A stretch of DNA of 64,000 bases from Syncephalis fuscata S228. Its lineage: Eukaryota; Fungi; Zoopagomycota. Each line of letters starts with the position of its first letter. Position 1 is the stretch's first letter. The position numbers and the translations under genes are program-made. The notes under the pieces are model-generated. The model was not told the origin of the DNA and ran no database searches. It worked only from the letters and a program-made list of their open reading frames with translations. Shown piece after piece: positions 12,669 through 27,681 of the stretch. The stretch spans positions 620,001 through 684,000 of the forward strand of contig JAHLTZ010000008.1 of assembly GCA_025786725.1 (NCBI GenBank), in the 5' to 3' direction.

Positions 12669-15600
12669 ATGTCACAAGTTAAAATTCGTGTCGCAATTCG
12701 TATACGGCCACTGAATGAGTCGGCAGACCGAGGTGTCTGCCAAGTATCCTCGGATACGATTCAAATAGACGACGGTCGCGGCTCTACCAATAGTACACCA
12801 TTCACTTTGGTAAATAGGTTTTGGTATCTGTAAAGCGTGTCACTAATACAATCGATATATCAATAAATAATAGATCGTATATTTGATGATAAATCCAAGA
12901 CAATTGAATTGTATGATAGCCTGGCACGCAATATTGTTTCCAGTGCACTTGATGGAGTCCATGGTAGGATAAATATGGCAATATTAATAGTAGCAATAGT
13001 ATATACTTAATTAATATATCATATGATTAGGCACGGTATTTACATATGGGCAGACCTGTTCAGGAAAGACTGTAAGTAGATGATGATGATGATGACGATT
13101 AAGCCATAACTTATACATAATAGTTTACTATGTATGGTACACCGCCGGAAGAACCAGGAATCATTCCTCTGGCCGTACAGGATATTTTCCAACAAGTTAA
13201 AGAAGTCAGTAATTGTGACAATATCATGGCGATCATTAATAATGCATTACGATGTGCAGAAACCTGATTGTGAATTTCTGTTCAAGGCTTCATTTCTCGA
13301 AATATATAATGAAGTGATTCGTGATCTATTAGAACCGACTCGAGTCAATTTGAAAATACATGAAACGCCCAATGTAAGTGAATGGAATAATAATAATGTT
13401 AATCATAGTATTAATGGTATTGTATGATTTTAGCGTGAAATATTTGTGGGTAATTTGTCAGAAATGCCCGTTTATAGTGCAAGTGAAGTGATGGAATTGT
13501 TGAAAAGGGGTGAATGTACGTAGATTATTATATTAATTATATTAATTATGATTAATGTTAAGCTTATTTTTACTAATGATAGCAAATCGCAGTATTGGTG
13601 AAACAAATATGAATGAACGGAGTAGTCGTTCTCATACTATATTCCGTATGGTAAATTATACATCCAATTAGATTGATACAATAGTTATAGCTATATGATT
13701 CATACAGGTTATTGAAAGTCGTGCTCATCAATCCAATACAAGCAAACCAAAAGCTACTCGTATCTCTTGCTTGGTACGTTGATGCATAGCATATTTATTG
13801 TACAATTAGCTTGTTTTAATGATATTATAAAGAATTTGGTGGATTTAGCTGGATCAGAACGAGTTGGATCTACCAAGGCTGAAGGATTACGATTAAAAGA
13901 AGGAGCACATATTAATAAGAGTTTATTAGCACTCGGTTCAGTTATTGCTCGTTTAGCAGAACAAGGTGGAGATAGGTGGGGCTTATATTGATACTGCTAA
14001 ATAGATTGTACTAATGAATAATAATAATAATAATAATTATAGTCGAGGCCATGTTCCTTATCGAGATTCAAAATTAACACGTATATTACAAAACTCATTG
14101 GGAGGCACGGCAAAAACATCCGTTATTTGTACCATAACACCAGCAGCTATGTTTGTTGACGAAACAATAAGTACATTAAAGTTTGCTCGACGGGCAATGA
14201 TTATAGCGAATAAACCGACTGTTAATGAGGTAATAATCCATATATTATATGGTATGAATTACTTAGTATAAATTAGGTCGTGACTGATGCGGCGAAACTT
14301 GAGCGTTACCGTGTGGAGATACGACAATTAAAACAGCAAATCCAAAAGGTTTGTTGTATTATAGCATCAAATAATATATTTACCATCATGATTAGATGGT
14401 CACTGGTCAAGTGGAAAGTAAAAAACGAGTAAGTTAACCAATATAGTCAACAATGACCATACAATCATGACCATATAAATATAACTATATAATTATATTA
14501 GAAATCGTTGGAAAGTGTTCAATCGGTAAGTTATGAATAAATGACTATTAAATAGTCAATTAATATTTTATATTATAATAGGTTGACTTCGATGAAGAAG
14601 AAAGTAATATATCATACGAGGAAACAAGCAATAAGCGAGGCAATAAATATTCTCGAGTAGGTATTTGTATAATAAATAAGAGTACTAGATGAAAACTTGT
14701 CGCTAGTTAAGTGATGGTTCGCGGCAGTTAATATCCCAGGTAAGATATAATAGTAATAGAATTTAACAGCTATTTATTGTTATATATAGGGAAAGGAACA
14801 TACGTCTAGTAAAATGGCCGTCGATGTTCTACTTAAAGAGCGTCAAGTATTGACAGCATGGTTACAATCACTGGTTGAAGGTGATCGATTGTCAAACATA
14901 TCTATTAGTGATACAATTATGGTAATCATTATAGCCTATATTATTCAGTATATTTATTTTACTTATAGGGAGAACCTATGGAATCTGAACTATTAGTGGA
15001 GGTAAATGGTCAATTAATCAAGGTATACTAATCCAAGTAATAGTTATAATTATGTTAATATTTATATAACACATTAGCTACTAGAAACATTACAAGATAC
15101 GTATCGCAGCTTACAAGATCAGTCGAATGATCTTTCAAGTCAAATGGATGTGATGAAACTAAATCAAGTTAAATACCAAGAAGCATTATCTATTATTGGT
15201 CAGAAATTAAAGATCGAGGATTTGGAAGAAGGGAAAGAATTGGAACAGCTTGGCTTACTACAAGAGACCATTAATCATTTATATTCTCGTCAAAAACAGG
15301 TAAATAACGATAAAGAGCAATGATAGCGTTATTAAGTAAAGTAGATGCAGTTGGATGTTGAAGAGAAAAACACTGAATTACACGCCGTTTTAAACCAATT
15401 ATCAGTACTACAACAATTACACGATAAATTAACAGATACACTTGAACAAACTCGACAAGATGCAGCAATAGCACAGAATGTGGCACTTGAAACAATAGAG
15501 AAGCATCGATTGGATGTAGTAAGTCTTCAAACGCAATTAAACGATGAAACGCAACGGGCCGATTTAGCAACATGTCAAATAGAAACGATTGAAAAGGCCA

Positions 15601-18600
15601 ATCTTTGTATTCAATCGGAACTAGAAGAAGCACGTAAGAATGAAATGAGTGTTTCAGATGAACTTCATGATGTAAAAGCGCAAATGATCAAACAAGAAAG
15701 GTTAATGCTTACTGAACGGGATACTATGAAGGCAACTATACAGCAACATTTGACAAATATTGAGCAGTTGGAGAAACAAGATCAAAATGGCCAAGTAGAA
15801 ATTGCCCGTATTAATAATGAACTAAGCGCTTCAATGAGTGAAATTGATGATTTAAAGCGACGGCTAAAGATGAAAATGGAGTTAATAGCTAAATTACAAG
15901 ATAGTATACAATTAGAAGCGGAAAAGGCTGACCATTTAAACAATAGACTGGAAATAGAAGCAGGGACAACGGCCAAACTTCAAGAACAGCTTAGAATAGA
16001 ACAAGATAGGATTGCAGCATTTGAAGTGCGTATATCAGTTGAAACGAATGCAGCAACGCTACTTCGAGAAAAATTGCAAGCTGAGACAAATGCATTAAAT
16101 CTACTTAAAGAAGAGCTTTTAACAGAAAGAGAGCAGTCGGCAAAGATGAAGACACAATTGCAAACACTTGACGCTAAAGCAATACAATTGGTAGAACTCG
16201 AACAAAAGTATGAGGCACTTAATGATCAGTATACTAAAATGATCACTCGACATACTAGTGATGAAAAGGAGCATGAAACTCAGGTAGGTAGACCATAAAA
16301 ACTAATTAATAATATTAATAGTGGTATTGAAATAGAAAGAAGCATTGGAAGCATTACTGACCGAACAGCTAGTAGTTATTGAAAGTAATCGTGAACATGC
16401 AGAGCAATGTTCGAGAGAATTAAATGATACGGCCGAGCAATGTCAAGCACTAAAAATGGAGCTGCATACACTTCAAGATGTTATTACGCTGCAAATGAAT
16501 AAGAATACTGAACTTGAAGAACAACATGTTAATAATGCAAAGGAAATAGAGACACGTACTTCTCAGGTATATAGCAATGTTATATAGAAGATAGATGAAT
16601 CTAATTATTACGATAGATATCTTCATTGACTGAACAGATTCAACTATTTGAACGTCAATTAATACAAGTAAATTCAACAGCACAACAAGCAAACGAAGAT
16701 GCCAAGACATGTATCACAAGTTTAAATGGGCAACTTGAAGCAGTCCAACAGAAACATACTCTCTTGGAAACAGAATGGCAGGCTCGTCTAACTCGTCAAG
16801 AAGAGGAAGCACAGGCTGAATTAACACGTTTAAACGATACAAACACTCAATTAGAAGGCGTAGTGACTCAGAAAGAGCAGCAATATGACTTGGCCTTAAA
16901 AGTGAGTTATTCATCATTGTATGGACCATCGTTATATCTAACGATACTTATTATTATTATTATTATTATTAGACATATAATGAAGAAAAGGAACAGCTAC
17001 ATCAGAAACACAATAAACTGCAAAGTAAACTACAGCAATTGGAAATAGAAAAGAAAGCAATGCTAGAAACGGCAGCCAGTGAAGCAAATGATCAACTAGA
17101 ACAGCAACAAAAAGCTATTCATCAATTACGCAGTGCATTAGAAATAGCCCAAAGTGACTATGCCCGATTACAAACAGGTAATTATATAATACTAATACTA
17201 ATAACTAATAACTAAAGTTAAATAAATAAATTATACTGTAGATTATCATCAATTACGCAGTAGTCAACATGAAAAGACAGAAAGCGAACCATCAACGCAT
17301 ATGCAAGCAAAATTGGATGAACAACAAACAGCAATGACCCGTTTATCTAATAACATGGCTAAACAGCAAGCATTAGTAAGTATAGTCAGCATTAAATGCC
17401 CATAATGTAGCTATATTAATGTCCATGCCATTTGTATTAGACGAAGCAAATGCAAGTAACATCCCGTACATTAGAACGCGAAAAGGCCCAATTACAAACC
17501 CGTGTCAATCAACTGGTAGTGTATTAATAGAATATCATTGGCTCATTATATTTATTCATTTATACCACAGGAGGCAGAACGGCAACCGATGATAGAGAAA
17601 TTAAGACGATTGGAAAAACAGTGTAGTAAAAGGTAACAATTGACACTATAATGATTCATCACCAAAAACTGATGGTTTTGCCGAATAGTGTTACAGCAAA
17701 TACGCCGAAAGTGACTTGTATCGAATGTGACCAGCATTTACAGGAAACGGCGGCAACACAGGCGGTAAACACGATAATAGTAATATCGTAAAGACGATTG
17801 TTAATAGATAAGCACTGCTATATAATTACCATTTTAGTATCTGCGCATTGCTATGGATGAGTTAAAGACTATGACTGAGGTGACATCCGAAGAAAAAAAT
17901 GACGACACAGCGGTAATATGCATGGTTCATTTCAGCTAAACGTGCCATGTTTGACATAGCTAATCCTTTGTATCTCCCTATCGTTTATTCCTATTTAGAT
18001 GCAAATGGCCCACGCATTAACGACGCATTTGTCAAGATTACGTGGTACTTTACAATCGATGCCTAAACCAGTGGTAGAAGAAGAGAGGCAGCAACTACCG
18101 TTGAACAGCAAGGATGGACATGTCGACGTCAAAAGGTGCAATAATGATGCATCAATAGATGGATATGATTCAACATCTGCGACTGTACCCCTGTCCAATG
18201 TTACAAATCATCAACCGTCGTCATTATTGACACCTATGACAGGTGCAGCAGTGACGACGACGGTACCAACAGCGTCAACGGCGTCAACATCTTTAACCAC
18301 TGCACCTCATCCTTGTCAAATGACAAATGAACAAATGACGATACAATCCATGCAGAGCAATGCAGTGATGCCCATGTCATTAGTAGCACCGCGAGAAAAT
18401 GAAAAGGAAAATGCGCCCCATCCTGCTACTGCTACTGCAGCTACTGATACTGCAGCTACTGGTGCAGCACAGCGTACGCGTGTTGTCAAAAAGGTAGGCA
18501 TTAGCAAATAAGGTTTAATCATAACTGGTTTATTGCAATTAATCATGGCTTGTGCATGTCTATCATTAGTATCGGGCCGGTCCGGCAATGGATATCACCG

Positions 18601-18638
18601 AGGAGGCCAATGCTACAGGGCAATGTAATCAACAATAA
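12669..18638 (+). CDS. Kinesin-7 (CENP-E-like) motor with long coiled coil, many introns
   Basis: [71 protein letters not shown]; coiled coil; C-terminus ...GQCNQQ*. Confidence 0.9.
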
Positions 18639-21301
18639 GGATGGACATGGCTGCCTTATTATTGTTATTATCAGTGTTGTTTAGTGTTGTAATCATATCA
18701 GGAATAAGGAGTGTGGAAGGAATTAGAAAATAAAAAGTGACTACCCCGAATACACAGGGTTTAGTACAAACAAAAAAAACAAGGCGAGATAGATGGTGGC
18801 ACGGCAGTATGTTGTGTATGTGTATTCTTTGGGGATAAATTTGTGTTTTTTTGGGGGGAATTGAAAGCTTCTATACAGCACGTAAAATGATACAACGCTT
18901 ATCGAAACTAAACTATAATTGAATTGCGATACTATTTGTATTAGTATATCAAAATATAACAGTATTCTGTTGATGTAATAACATACAAATCGTTAATAAA
19001 GTATAATGTACTGAGCCATTTAGAACGTAGAAAAGTAAGCATAATTATATTGTAATTATTAGTATAATTGTAATTTTAATTATAAAGCAATTAATTGCCT
19101 TTAATACTATACTGCCAGCTATACTGCTTTTATCGTCATTGTTCAACAATCATCCGCTTTAATCTAAAATAGTTATATATATATATGATATTTTTATTGC
19201 TATTTCAATATGTTAAAATATCACAAATTAACCATTCATATGGATAAATACTATAACGAATCAGCGAATCTTTTTTATCAGTAAATAGCAATTAATTGAA
19301 TAGTAAATAAATCAATATCGCGTTGTATATCAATATTAGCCTACTAGTATGAATTCATCATTATAGTTGCTATAATATCATTAATATTAGTAATTGGGTA
19401 TTACATTTAATATTTAGAAGCTAATCAATCATTATGCTAATGACACCATTATAAAGAAATCGAATTTAATAATAAAAATAACGATACAACACGTGGCCTT
19501 GCTACAGCGTGGTTACACTAATCAAGGACAACACGTAGCACGGCAAGAACTAAAGTCATTCTAGTTCCTATCTGATAAATTCATGCCGATAAGCAATGTA
19601 GTCAACCATACCTATTCCTACTGATAAGCTGACCTTTAATTTTAGCAATTTCTATAGAATAGTACGGCAATACTTTTTAAATGGAATCATGCGATTTAAC
19701 TAGACGCTTTGTAGTCCGCTGTTGATGCATTAATGTGAGGTTACATTTCTGGTATTGTCCTATATATAGCGCTACACAGTCCTCAAAGGCAATACCCTCA
19801 AGTAACCCACCGTGTTATGCGATTCGTCCATTTTTTCAAAGCTGCAGTACATCTTGTCCGGATTTACCCCACATCAATACCGGTCACACAAAGATAGGCC
19901 GCTTGTATCGACGGTAAAAAATATGCCTGTAACACCGAAATAGCAGGTTGCCCCAACGAACTGTTTCGTTTAAGTAGAGGAAACTATTGGATAAGAAAAG
20001 CACGAGTGTGAGATGTTACGATAAGCTTTATGTTTAACTAACTACTAACTAACTACTAACTATACACACATATACAAACATATACAAACAGATACAAATG
20101 AATTATTTTCCCCTTCTTGGTCATATCTATTCTAAAGATGGAAGACTCGTGTTAAATCGTCATAAATAATAAAATATGTATTTATTTATTGATATTACAA
20201 CAACAAAAAATAATAATAATCATTATTGTCATCGTTATTGTCATCATTATCATCTATGTATTAATAATAATGTTCATCCTTAGTTTATTCTTTTGTTTGA
20301 TAGGTGTATCAGTGGCCTTTGACTCGACTCATGTCATCCTTGCTATTCTATTAGCATTTTTTATATCTGCACCGTGCGCGCCTATGTACCGTCAACGCAT
20401 CGTATGCGTACATACATATTTGTTCATTCATGCGTACGTGTCTTCGGTCTTTACGTCTAAATAGATTGTTCTAGTCCATTGATTGGTGTCCAGCATTGTA
20501 TCAGCCAATTGTGGATGGTAGCAGTAGCACACACACACGCGCACGCATGCTCATCTCTACTCACGTTTTTTTTGTTTCCCGCGCTTCTCCTATCATTATC
20601 TTTTTTCCACGTTATAAATTCGTTGATAACGACTTTGCTCTTATCTGTTACAATACAGAGTTGTAGGTTATCAAGCTTTCTCCACTTGTTTCTTCTTTCT
20701 CTTCCTTGTCCGCTATCCGTTATTGTTTTATAGCGTTTTCTTTTTCTTTTTTCCTCCGTGTGGATTATCTTTTATATTGCCTTGTTCATACTACGCCAGG
20801 GCAACAAACAGGAATACCACGGCCTACACCTTTTATCTTTACCTCTCACACCTCCTCTACACTTGTCTACTCAAAAAAGAAACACACGCCCACCTTCCCC
20901 ATTAACTGTTGCTACTGATATACGCGTATCACTAACACGATATTCGGTCTATTGCCTTGCTGTATAGCTGTAAGTAGACAAAACAACAAGCTTTATCAGT
21001 TATCTTTTGTTGCCTATCGATCACGCCATCCTCACACTATCTTTGCTCTTTGTAACTTTGCGTGTGTGTGAGCGTGTGTGAGTAAGCAAGACTATTTTTA
21101 TTGCCACCACACACCCAATCGTTGATTATTGTCATTAACAACAACATTGTTAGTAACATCATCATTATTATTGTTGTTACGAGCCATCCCCATTGATTGA
21201 TTAGTGATTGGTTCATTTACATTAATCATTTTATCCTTTTTACCAAGTGGTGTGTATTTTTATTTGGGTGTAAGTGATAAATATCGCTACATCCATTGGC
21301 C

Positions 21302-24300
21302 ATGCCCACAACTACCACGATTTCTACGACAAGTACAACGACCACTCTTTCTTCTTTAAAATCGCTACTGTCTCCCTCTATCACCACTACCAACAACAAC
21401 AGCACCTCTAATAATAACCCGTCTACTTTTGCCACAGCTGCATTATCTTCCCCTGTTTTGCCGTCTGGTCTTTCTTCTGTGTCTACTACAACTACTACAA
21501 CTATTACTCCTTCTTCTACCAACACTTTTTGTTTTTCTAGTTTTTTATCCTTGGACCGCTGTTCTCCTTCACTAGAGAACTCGACACTTTTGCAGATTAA
21601 GTCGCGGCAACCTTTAGATTGCACAGTTAAGGCAGTTGGTGCTGAAACACCCACTTGCCCTTGTAGTTCTAGTAGCTGTTATTATTTACCATCAAGACGT
21701 GCCGTTATTACGGCTAATCAACCAATCACTACACCTGTTACTGTAGAGCCTGAATCTACACTCGGTTCTACTTCTTTATTGTCGCTGTCCTGTATTACTA
21801 CCACTCCTTCTTCCACCGCTACTATCGACACCACCATGACAACACCGGTGGCCGCTGCCAAAACGACGGGCACTACCACCACTACTACGACAATGAATAA
21901 CACGACCACATGGGGCTCTCGACGCGTACGTCTAGTAGCAGTAAAACCTAGTCTGGCGCAGGCGCCTCCCAAAAAATCAGCTGGCATGGCTAGTAGAGAG
22001 GCTGTCCTACATCCACTGGTCAATGGTAGTACTGACTCGCAAGTATTGCCTCTTTTACCTTCCCCCCCTTCATCAGAAGCAAAGGATACAGCCACAGTTA
22101 ATGCTGTTGTGCCAATTAGACAGCCACCTGTATCGGCACCGGCTGTTATGCGTCGTCATCGATCTGCCAGTGAAGCAGTAACACCGGCTGATATTTCAAC
22201 ACAGCTTCAATTAAAGAATGCACCATTAGCTGTCCGTCCATTGGCTGCCATGGGTTTCAATTCGCACTCGTCGTCGTCGTCGTCGTCGTCGTCGTCATCG
22301 ATATTTGGTCGTGAACATAGTAGCAAGCATAGTAATGGCAATACATTAAATCATTCATCACCAGTCGATCATCGCCTGAATGTACAGCACCGGCATCCAC
22401 GCCATTTAATCTAGATGACGGTCGTCCAGGTCTTTGGGCTCGTCGCCGTAGCCTTGTTACTAAAAAGAGTGGCGAGATTGTTAAGCCATCGCTTAAGCTG
22501 AAGAATCGTGGCGTTAAACCACGTAGCAAATCTGAACCGACTACACCTACGAAATTTGTACATTTTGATGCTCAGATTTGCCGTGTACGCTTTTTCCGTC
22601 ACGTTGAATCACCTCGTTCTGTTGCTGGCACTGAATCTGAAGGAGAAGATACCGATGATGATCGTCACAATGACAATACGGCTTTCAAGCAACAAGGAAT
22701 GATGTCATTATCATCATCATCAGGTCGTCGATCCAAGTCGGATGTACTCGATGATTGTAATCGAGCTATTGAAGAGGCACATGGATTGCGCTCTGGCCAA
22801 TTCCATCTACAGCTTGTTAATCTACCTGAAACATCGGTATTTCATCTTACAATGCGTCCTATATCAATAGAATGGATTCGCTTAGCCGATAAATCACGTC
22901 ATCTACGTGTATTGACTTGTTGTCAGAACTTGGCCTTCCAGAAAACAGTACTGGTCCGCTACACACTCGACAACTGGCAATCACACGATGATGTGTCTAG
23001 CGAGTTCTATGATAGCATTAGCAATGGTAACTTTGATCGATTCTTAGCTTACATTCCATTTGATGCTTCTAAAGTTGGATCGGCCGATTACAGTTCAAAC
23101 AACTTGAAACCATTGACTATTGAAATCTGTATACGCTACATAGTTGATGGCAAAGAGTTTTGGGACAACAATCGTGGCAATAACTATCGAGTCATTATAA
23201 GCCGGCTGCCTAGTATCAGCGATAATAACGATAATGCCACTTTGGCGCCGAGCCACGATTACTTTTCATTGCCAGCGACCGATGAAGTACCAGAAGACAA
23301 TCAGAGTACTAAACAAGAACATCAAACAATTCAACAAGAAGCTGAGAAAGCCTGGCAGCAAGTATTGCTGAAATCGCGCATTGACGGCGAAGGTGACGAT
23401 GATGAAGATGAGCAACAACAGCGCCATGGCAGTGCTAAGCTGGCGACTGTTGGTCAATCACCCGACAACTGGCTACTTACACCACGTAAGCCAGTTAAGA
23501 AGAATGGTTCATTTGCTAGTAGGTACGATTTTGGTGCATCATTAAAGGCAGCAACACGAAGTGGCCAACGGCGTCCATTGCGTCGTATGACCTCTTCATC
23601 GTCTGAAGATGAAGAGGGTGAAGTGGAGGAGGCGCCAGAGAACAAGCCTATGGTCGAGGTCGATAATAGCAATTCAAGCACAACATTGTACAAAAAACAG
23701 ATTGGATTTACTTTGCCGACCACGCCACCTGTCTCAGTAAAAGCCAAGACGGCAACAACGACCACAACGGCTACTTCACCTGATGCTAATCCTTCTAGCA
23801 CAGTAGCAGCAACGACGACGACCACTACAACACCCAAGTCGACCTCGGCATTAAGTCGGGCCATTAGTGTGTCTAAGCCGTTGTCATCATCGCCAATAAC
23901 TGTGCCTAGTACGATTAATACATCATTATCGTCTCCAGTTCTTCCATGGTCACGTTCGCATTCACCAAAAAATACCACCGGTCCAGCAGTTACTGCAGCC
24001 CCTGTATCGCCTCATTTCTCGAATAAGAGCTCTATTGGGCGATTTGCTTCCTCTCCTTCAGTTCTATTTTTGGATGAAGGCCTACGTTCATACACAACGA
24101 CTGCAGCTACCACGGTAACGACCACGACCACTACAGCTGCCACCGCTACGCCGACTACCACTGCTAATGCTAATGCAACAACTGCAGCTACCCCTTACGC
24201 ATCAACACCGTACCACTCAATGATGATGACATCATTCGGTACTTCTCCTAGCTTTGGCAGTGCCTCCTTTGGTTTTTATGGCGGTGGCAATTATGGCGGT

Positions 24301-24591
24301 GGCTATACAGCTGGCCATAGTAGCTATTTGGGCGATTACAAAGATGAAATGTCGTATTACGATGCAGCTAACGCTTTATCTTCACCTAAAACGACGACCT
24401 CCTTATTCCGTTCATCGAACACTGCTTTCTATCAGCAGCAGCAGCAACAGCAGCCACAACAATCGTCACTACACTTTGACGATAGTCGCCATACTGGCAA
24501 TCATGGTCGACCAACCCATACAAGCTCACCTTTCTCTGATTCGCCACTTTCCTCGCCATCCACCACGCCTATGCCGTGGATTAGAGGATAA
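21302..24591 (+). CDS. PP1 glycogen-targeting regulatory subunit (CBM21 domain, Gac1/Gip2-like); one frameshift near 22370
   Basis: KKSGEIVKPSLK...KFVHF (RVxF motif, 22552-22566) in frame with NLAFQKTVLVRYTLDNW, FDRF, EFWDNNRGNNY; long S/T-rich low-complexity flanks. Confidence 0.85.
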
Positions 24592-25236
24592 GCTATAAGC
24601 GTATGTTTATTTCTACGCATTTATATACTTTTCAAATCTGCGTTTACTTTTTTCATTCTACACTTTTATTCTATCATTACCATGATTCATTTAAAGATAG
24701 AATATTAGCTTGATATTGCCTTATTGTTTATTCGTGCGCGATTATCCGGTTTCTCTGCGTAATTTCTGTATTCTTAACAACACACACACACTTTCATTAT
24801 ATTTTCTCTTGTTCAATTGCGATGAAGACTCAGCATTTATTGAACCTTTTTCATGTTTATAAAGATGGATTTGATTTTATTTTACTTTTTATAATTCATG
24901 CATGTTTCAATCATTGTTTACTGTTAAATGAATGAAGTGATCCATCTTTTCAATTAAAAAACGGAGCTACTGTACTTTGGCTCTACAGTTTTATTCATCC
25001 ATTTTACACCTTCACTTTTAAATACAATTAAACATCTATTCATCACTATAACATGTATAATATTATATCCAACGTTAATTAATTCATGCGTAATTATCAA
25101 TACAATAATGTAGTTAATTAGTTATCTTTATTGTAATTTATGATATTAATTGTTCAAATGCCATTTATTTAGTCAGATTAGCTATAGGAAAGTGACTGTT
25201 TAACAAACGACTTTTATAATAATTATATTAATCTTA

Positions 25237-25560
25237 ATCTTACATCACAAATATGTCCAAAATACAACAGTAGAATATTAGAAAATAGAAGAGACCATTA
25301 AGATGCAATACTCCATACTGTACATAGATGCAACAGCAACAATGCGGAATGACATGGAATCGCAATCATATGGCTTTTATTAATATTAATTAATCTTTCT
25401 ACACATAGCCAGTAACAACAATGATCGGCCTTAAATGTTTCAATGAAATCAAATAGTATTTACGTTATTTATTTAAATTAATTTATTAAAATAATTAATA
25501 AAAAGCAATATAATATGTTACGAATAGCAGTAGAACTTCAATTAAAACGAAGTTTGCTAT
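25237..25560 (+). repeat. Dispersed repeat family A, copy 1 (possible non-autonomous element)
   Basis: Starts ATCTTACATCACAAATATGTCCAAAATACAA; closely similar to reverse complement of 30200-30527 and to 39983-40156. Confidence 0.85.
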
Positions 25561-25699
25561 AGGATTCAAAGTAAAATGGAAAATTTTAAAAAAGCCCCTT
25601 TTTCAGTTTTGATTTTTAAAAATGCGCCATAATAAATTACAAATTTAAATAATCATGAATAAAATATTAAAATATTAAAATTTTTATCAAAAAAACACA

Positions 25700-26000
25700 T
25701 CTAATTGTTTACCAAATTATTTAAGAAAGCCATGTTTATTAGTATCAAAGAACTGAAAATTGTTGCTGATGAGTTTAAACTTGTTAACAGTTGCAATTTT
25801 AAGAGTGAAAATGGTGATTCAACAAGATTACAGCTTATTTGCCCTCATGAAGACCATTTTAGCAACAAATATCGTTTTTTTACTGCCAGAAAGCAGAAAA
25901 CTGGCTTATTAAAAATTGTTTAATGCAATATTAAACATTTTAATGGTTGTTTATATGATTCTGGTAATAATACTATTAAATCTATTACTAAATATATTAC
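25700..26000 (+). repeat. Dispersed repeat family B, copy 1
   Basis: GAGTTTAAACTTGTTAACA...GATTCAACAAGATTACAGCTTATTTG..CTCATGAA matches the reverse complement of 36860-37160. Confidence 0.8.
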
Positions 26001-26290
26001 GAGTGGTGTCGCTATATTTTCAAATGTAAAATCAACAGATGTACAAGTAAAAGTATTAAGTACATATTTGATTATTTAATATACACAAACAATTGTAATA
26101 ACTCAATAGATGTTATTTTTTATTATAGAATTTGATCATCTTTTGATTCAATAAAAAGAATGGCAGTGTTGCAACAACAGTAATAAAATAATGCAAGTTT
26201 GACCAAGCAATCAAAGAAAGAAAAGTAGTAGAAAAAATAGCTTATTTAAATGTTTTTGTTGAAAAACAAATATAATGGCGCAATGTTAGG

Positions 26291-26608
26291 CTAGTATGTG
26301 GGTTCGCACGAAGCACTGCCACATTGGTGACAGTTATATGGTACTATGACGCATTTCGTGTTAGAAGGACAAGGTGGACAGACGAGAGGAAGACGAGGGC
26401 ATTTCTTACAACCTTTTTTAGGTACACATTCTCGCTTTGGACACGTCGTAGCAGTACCAGGAGTGTCGACACAAGTAGTATATTCAGGACAGCTATCACA
26501 ATTAATCAAAGCAAGCGGACATATGATGTTTGGCTTTGCGTCGGCGGCAGATAAGCTAGCCAGACAGACGAAAAGTCCTACGGTAGCGAGGGCAAGAATG
26601 GAACGCAT
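26291..26608 (-). CDS. Small secreted Cys-rich protein with two Opy2-like Cys modules
   Basis: Intronless 105 aa, signal peptide, two C-x-x-C-P-x-x-x-x-C...P...C...C modules; paralog of 27370-27681. Confidence 0.8.
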   Translation of the reverse strand: MRSILALATVGLFVCLASLSAADAKPNIICPLALINCDSCPEYTTCVDTPGTATTCPKRECVPKKGCKKCPRLPLVCPPCPSNTKCVIVPYNCHQCGSASCEPTY

Positions 26609-27369
26609 GGTGTTGGATGGTCAATAAAGTATATTCACTACTTGAAAGGATGGGCCAGATATGGTATGGTATACAGCTTGCTTGTTGCTTTGGATATAGT
26701 ATAATGTGGATAATTGTGAAAGATAGAATGTTGCTGATGTTGGAGACGAATATCTGTCATTAGCAGGCCGCTATTTATTTTACAAAATGGCAAGGAAAAA
26801 TACAAGTTTTTCGCACGTTATTTTTAAATGCAAAGTCGTAAAAGCGATAACAGCTGCATGTCTGTTTTTACTTATGCAAGTGCCATTGAAGTGGTATTAC
26901 GACCAACATTACACATGATGGAGTCTATATTTATCATGCATAATCGTGCGACTAAAAGGTAATTTTCTCTGATGGTACATATGTTAGGTAACCCACATGG
27001 ACCGATAAACCAATAGATGGTATCAGCAGATGCGTATTTCGCGGTTTATAATGGTCACAATCACATTGCCGACGCTGGCTTTGCAATTTAGAACGACAAA
27101 GTAACAAAGGTTTATTGAAGAATAGTAGTATGCTATGAATATGGAATATATTAAACAAAATACAAGTAAAAACCTAATTCATAATAAAATAGTATGCTAT
27201 TTTAGAATGATTTATTGACACTTTACGTTATATTGCTAATAAACCATTTATATTATATCAAAATGAATAGACCAAAACAATAGCTATTTTAAACCTTTTT
27301 ATTAAATATGCCATTGATATAGCAAATATAGACACTATTTCAATACAGCGCCTAAAGGGCATTACCAAA

Positions 27370-27681
27370 TTAATAGTAGGCCTTGCAAGTAACAGTGGCA
27401 CAGCTTTCACAAGTACTTGGCGTACGTACGCAACGCTGGCCAAAAGGGCAATATGGGCAAGGCAGGAAAATATCTGGGCAGATACGGCACGTAGTAGGCA
27501 TACACTTTCGTGTCGGGCATGAAGTGGCAGTGCCGGGTATGTAGGTACACTTGGTATTGGGAGGACAGCTGTAGCAAGAAGACGGAATCATTGGGCAAGC
27601 AAGTTGGTTATTATATTCATCGGATCCGCTTGCTGAATAGGCCAAGAGTCCTACAATGGTTAGAGCAATGATTGAACGCAT
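27370..27681 (-). CDS. Small secreted Cys-rich protein, tandem paralog of 26291-26608
   Basis: True start MRSIIALTIVGLL (ATG 27681); shares PGTAT(T/S)CP and Cys spacing with the neighbour. Confidence 0.8.
   Translation of the reverse strand: MRSIIALTIVGLLAYSASGSDEYNNQLACPMIPSSCYSCPPNTKCTYIPGTATSCPTRKCMPTTCRICPDIFLPCPYCPFGQRCVRTPSTCESCATVTCKAYY

Noticed and set aside
20189-20967. Short hydrophobic ORFs upstream of the CBM21 gene
   Set aside because: Low-complexity T-rich promoter/leader sequence with no motifs.
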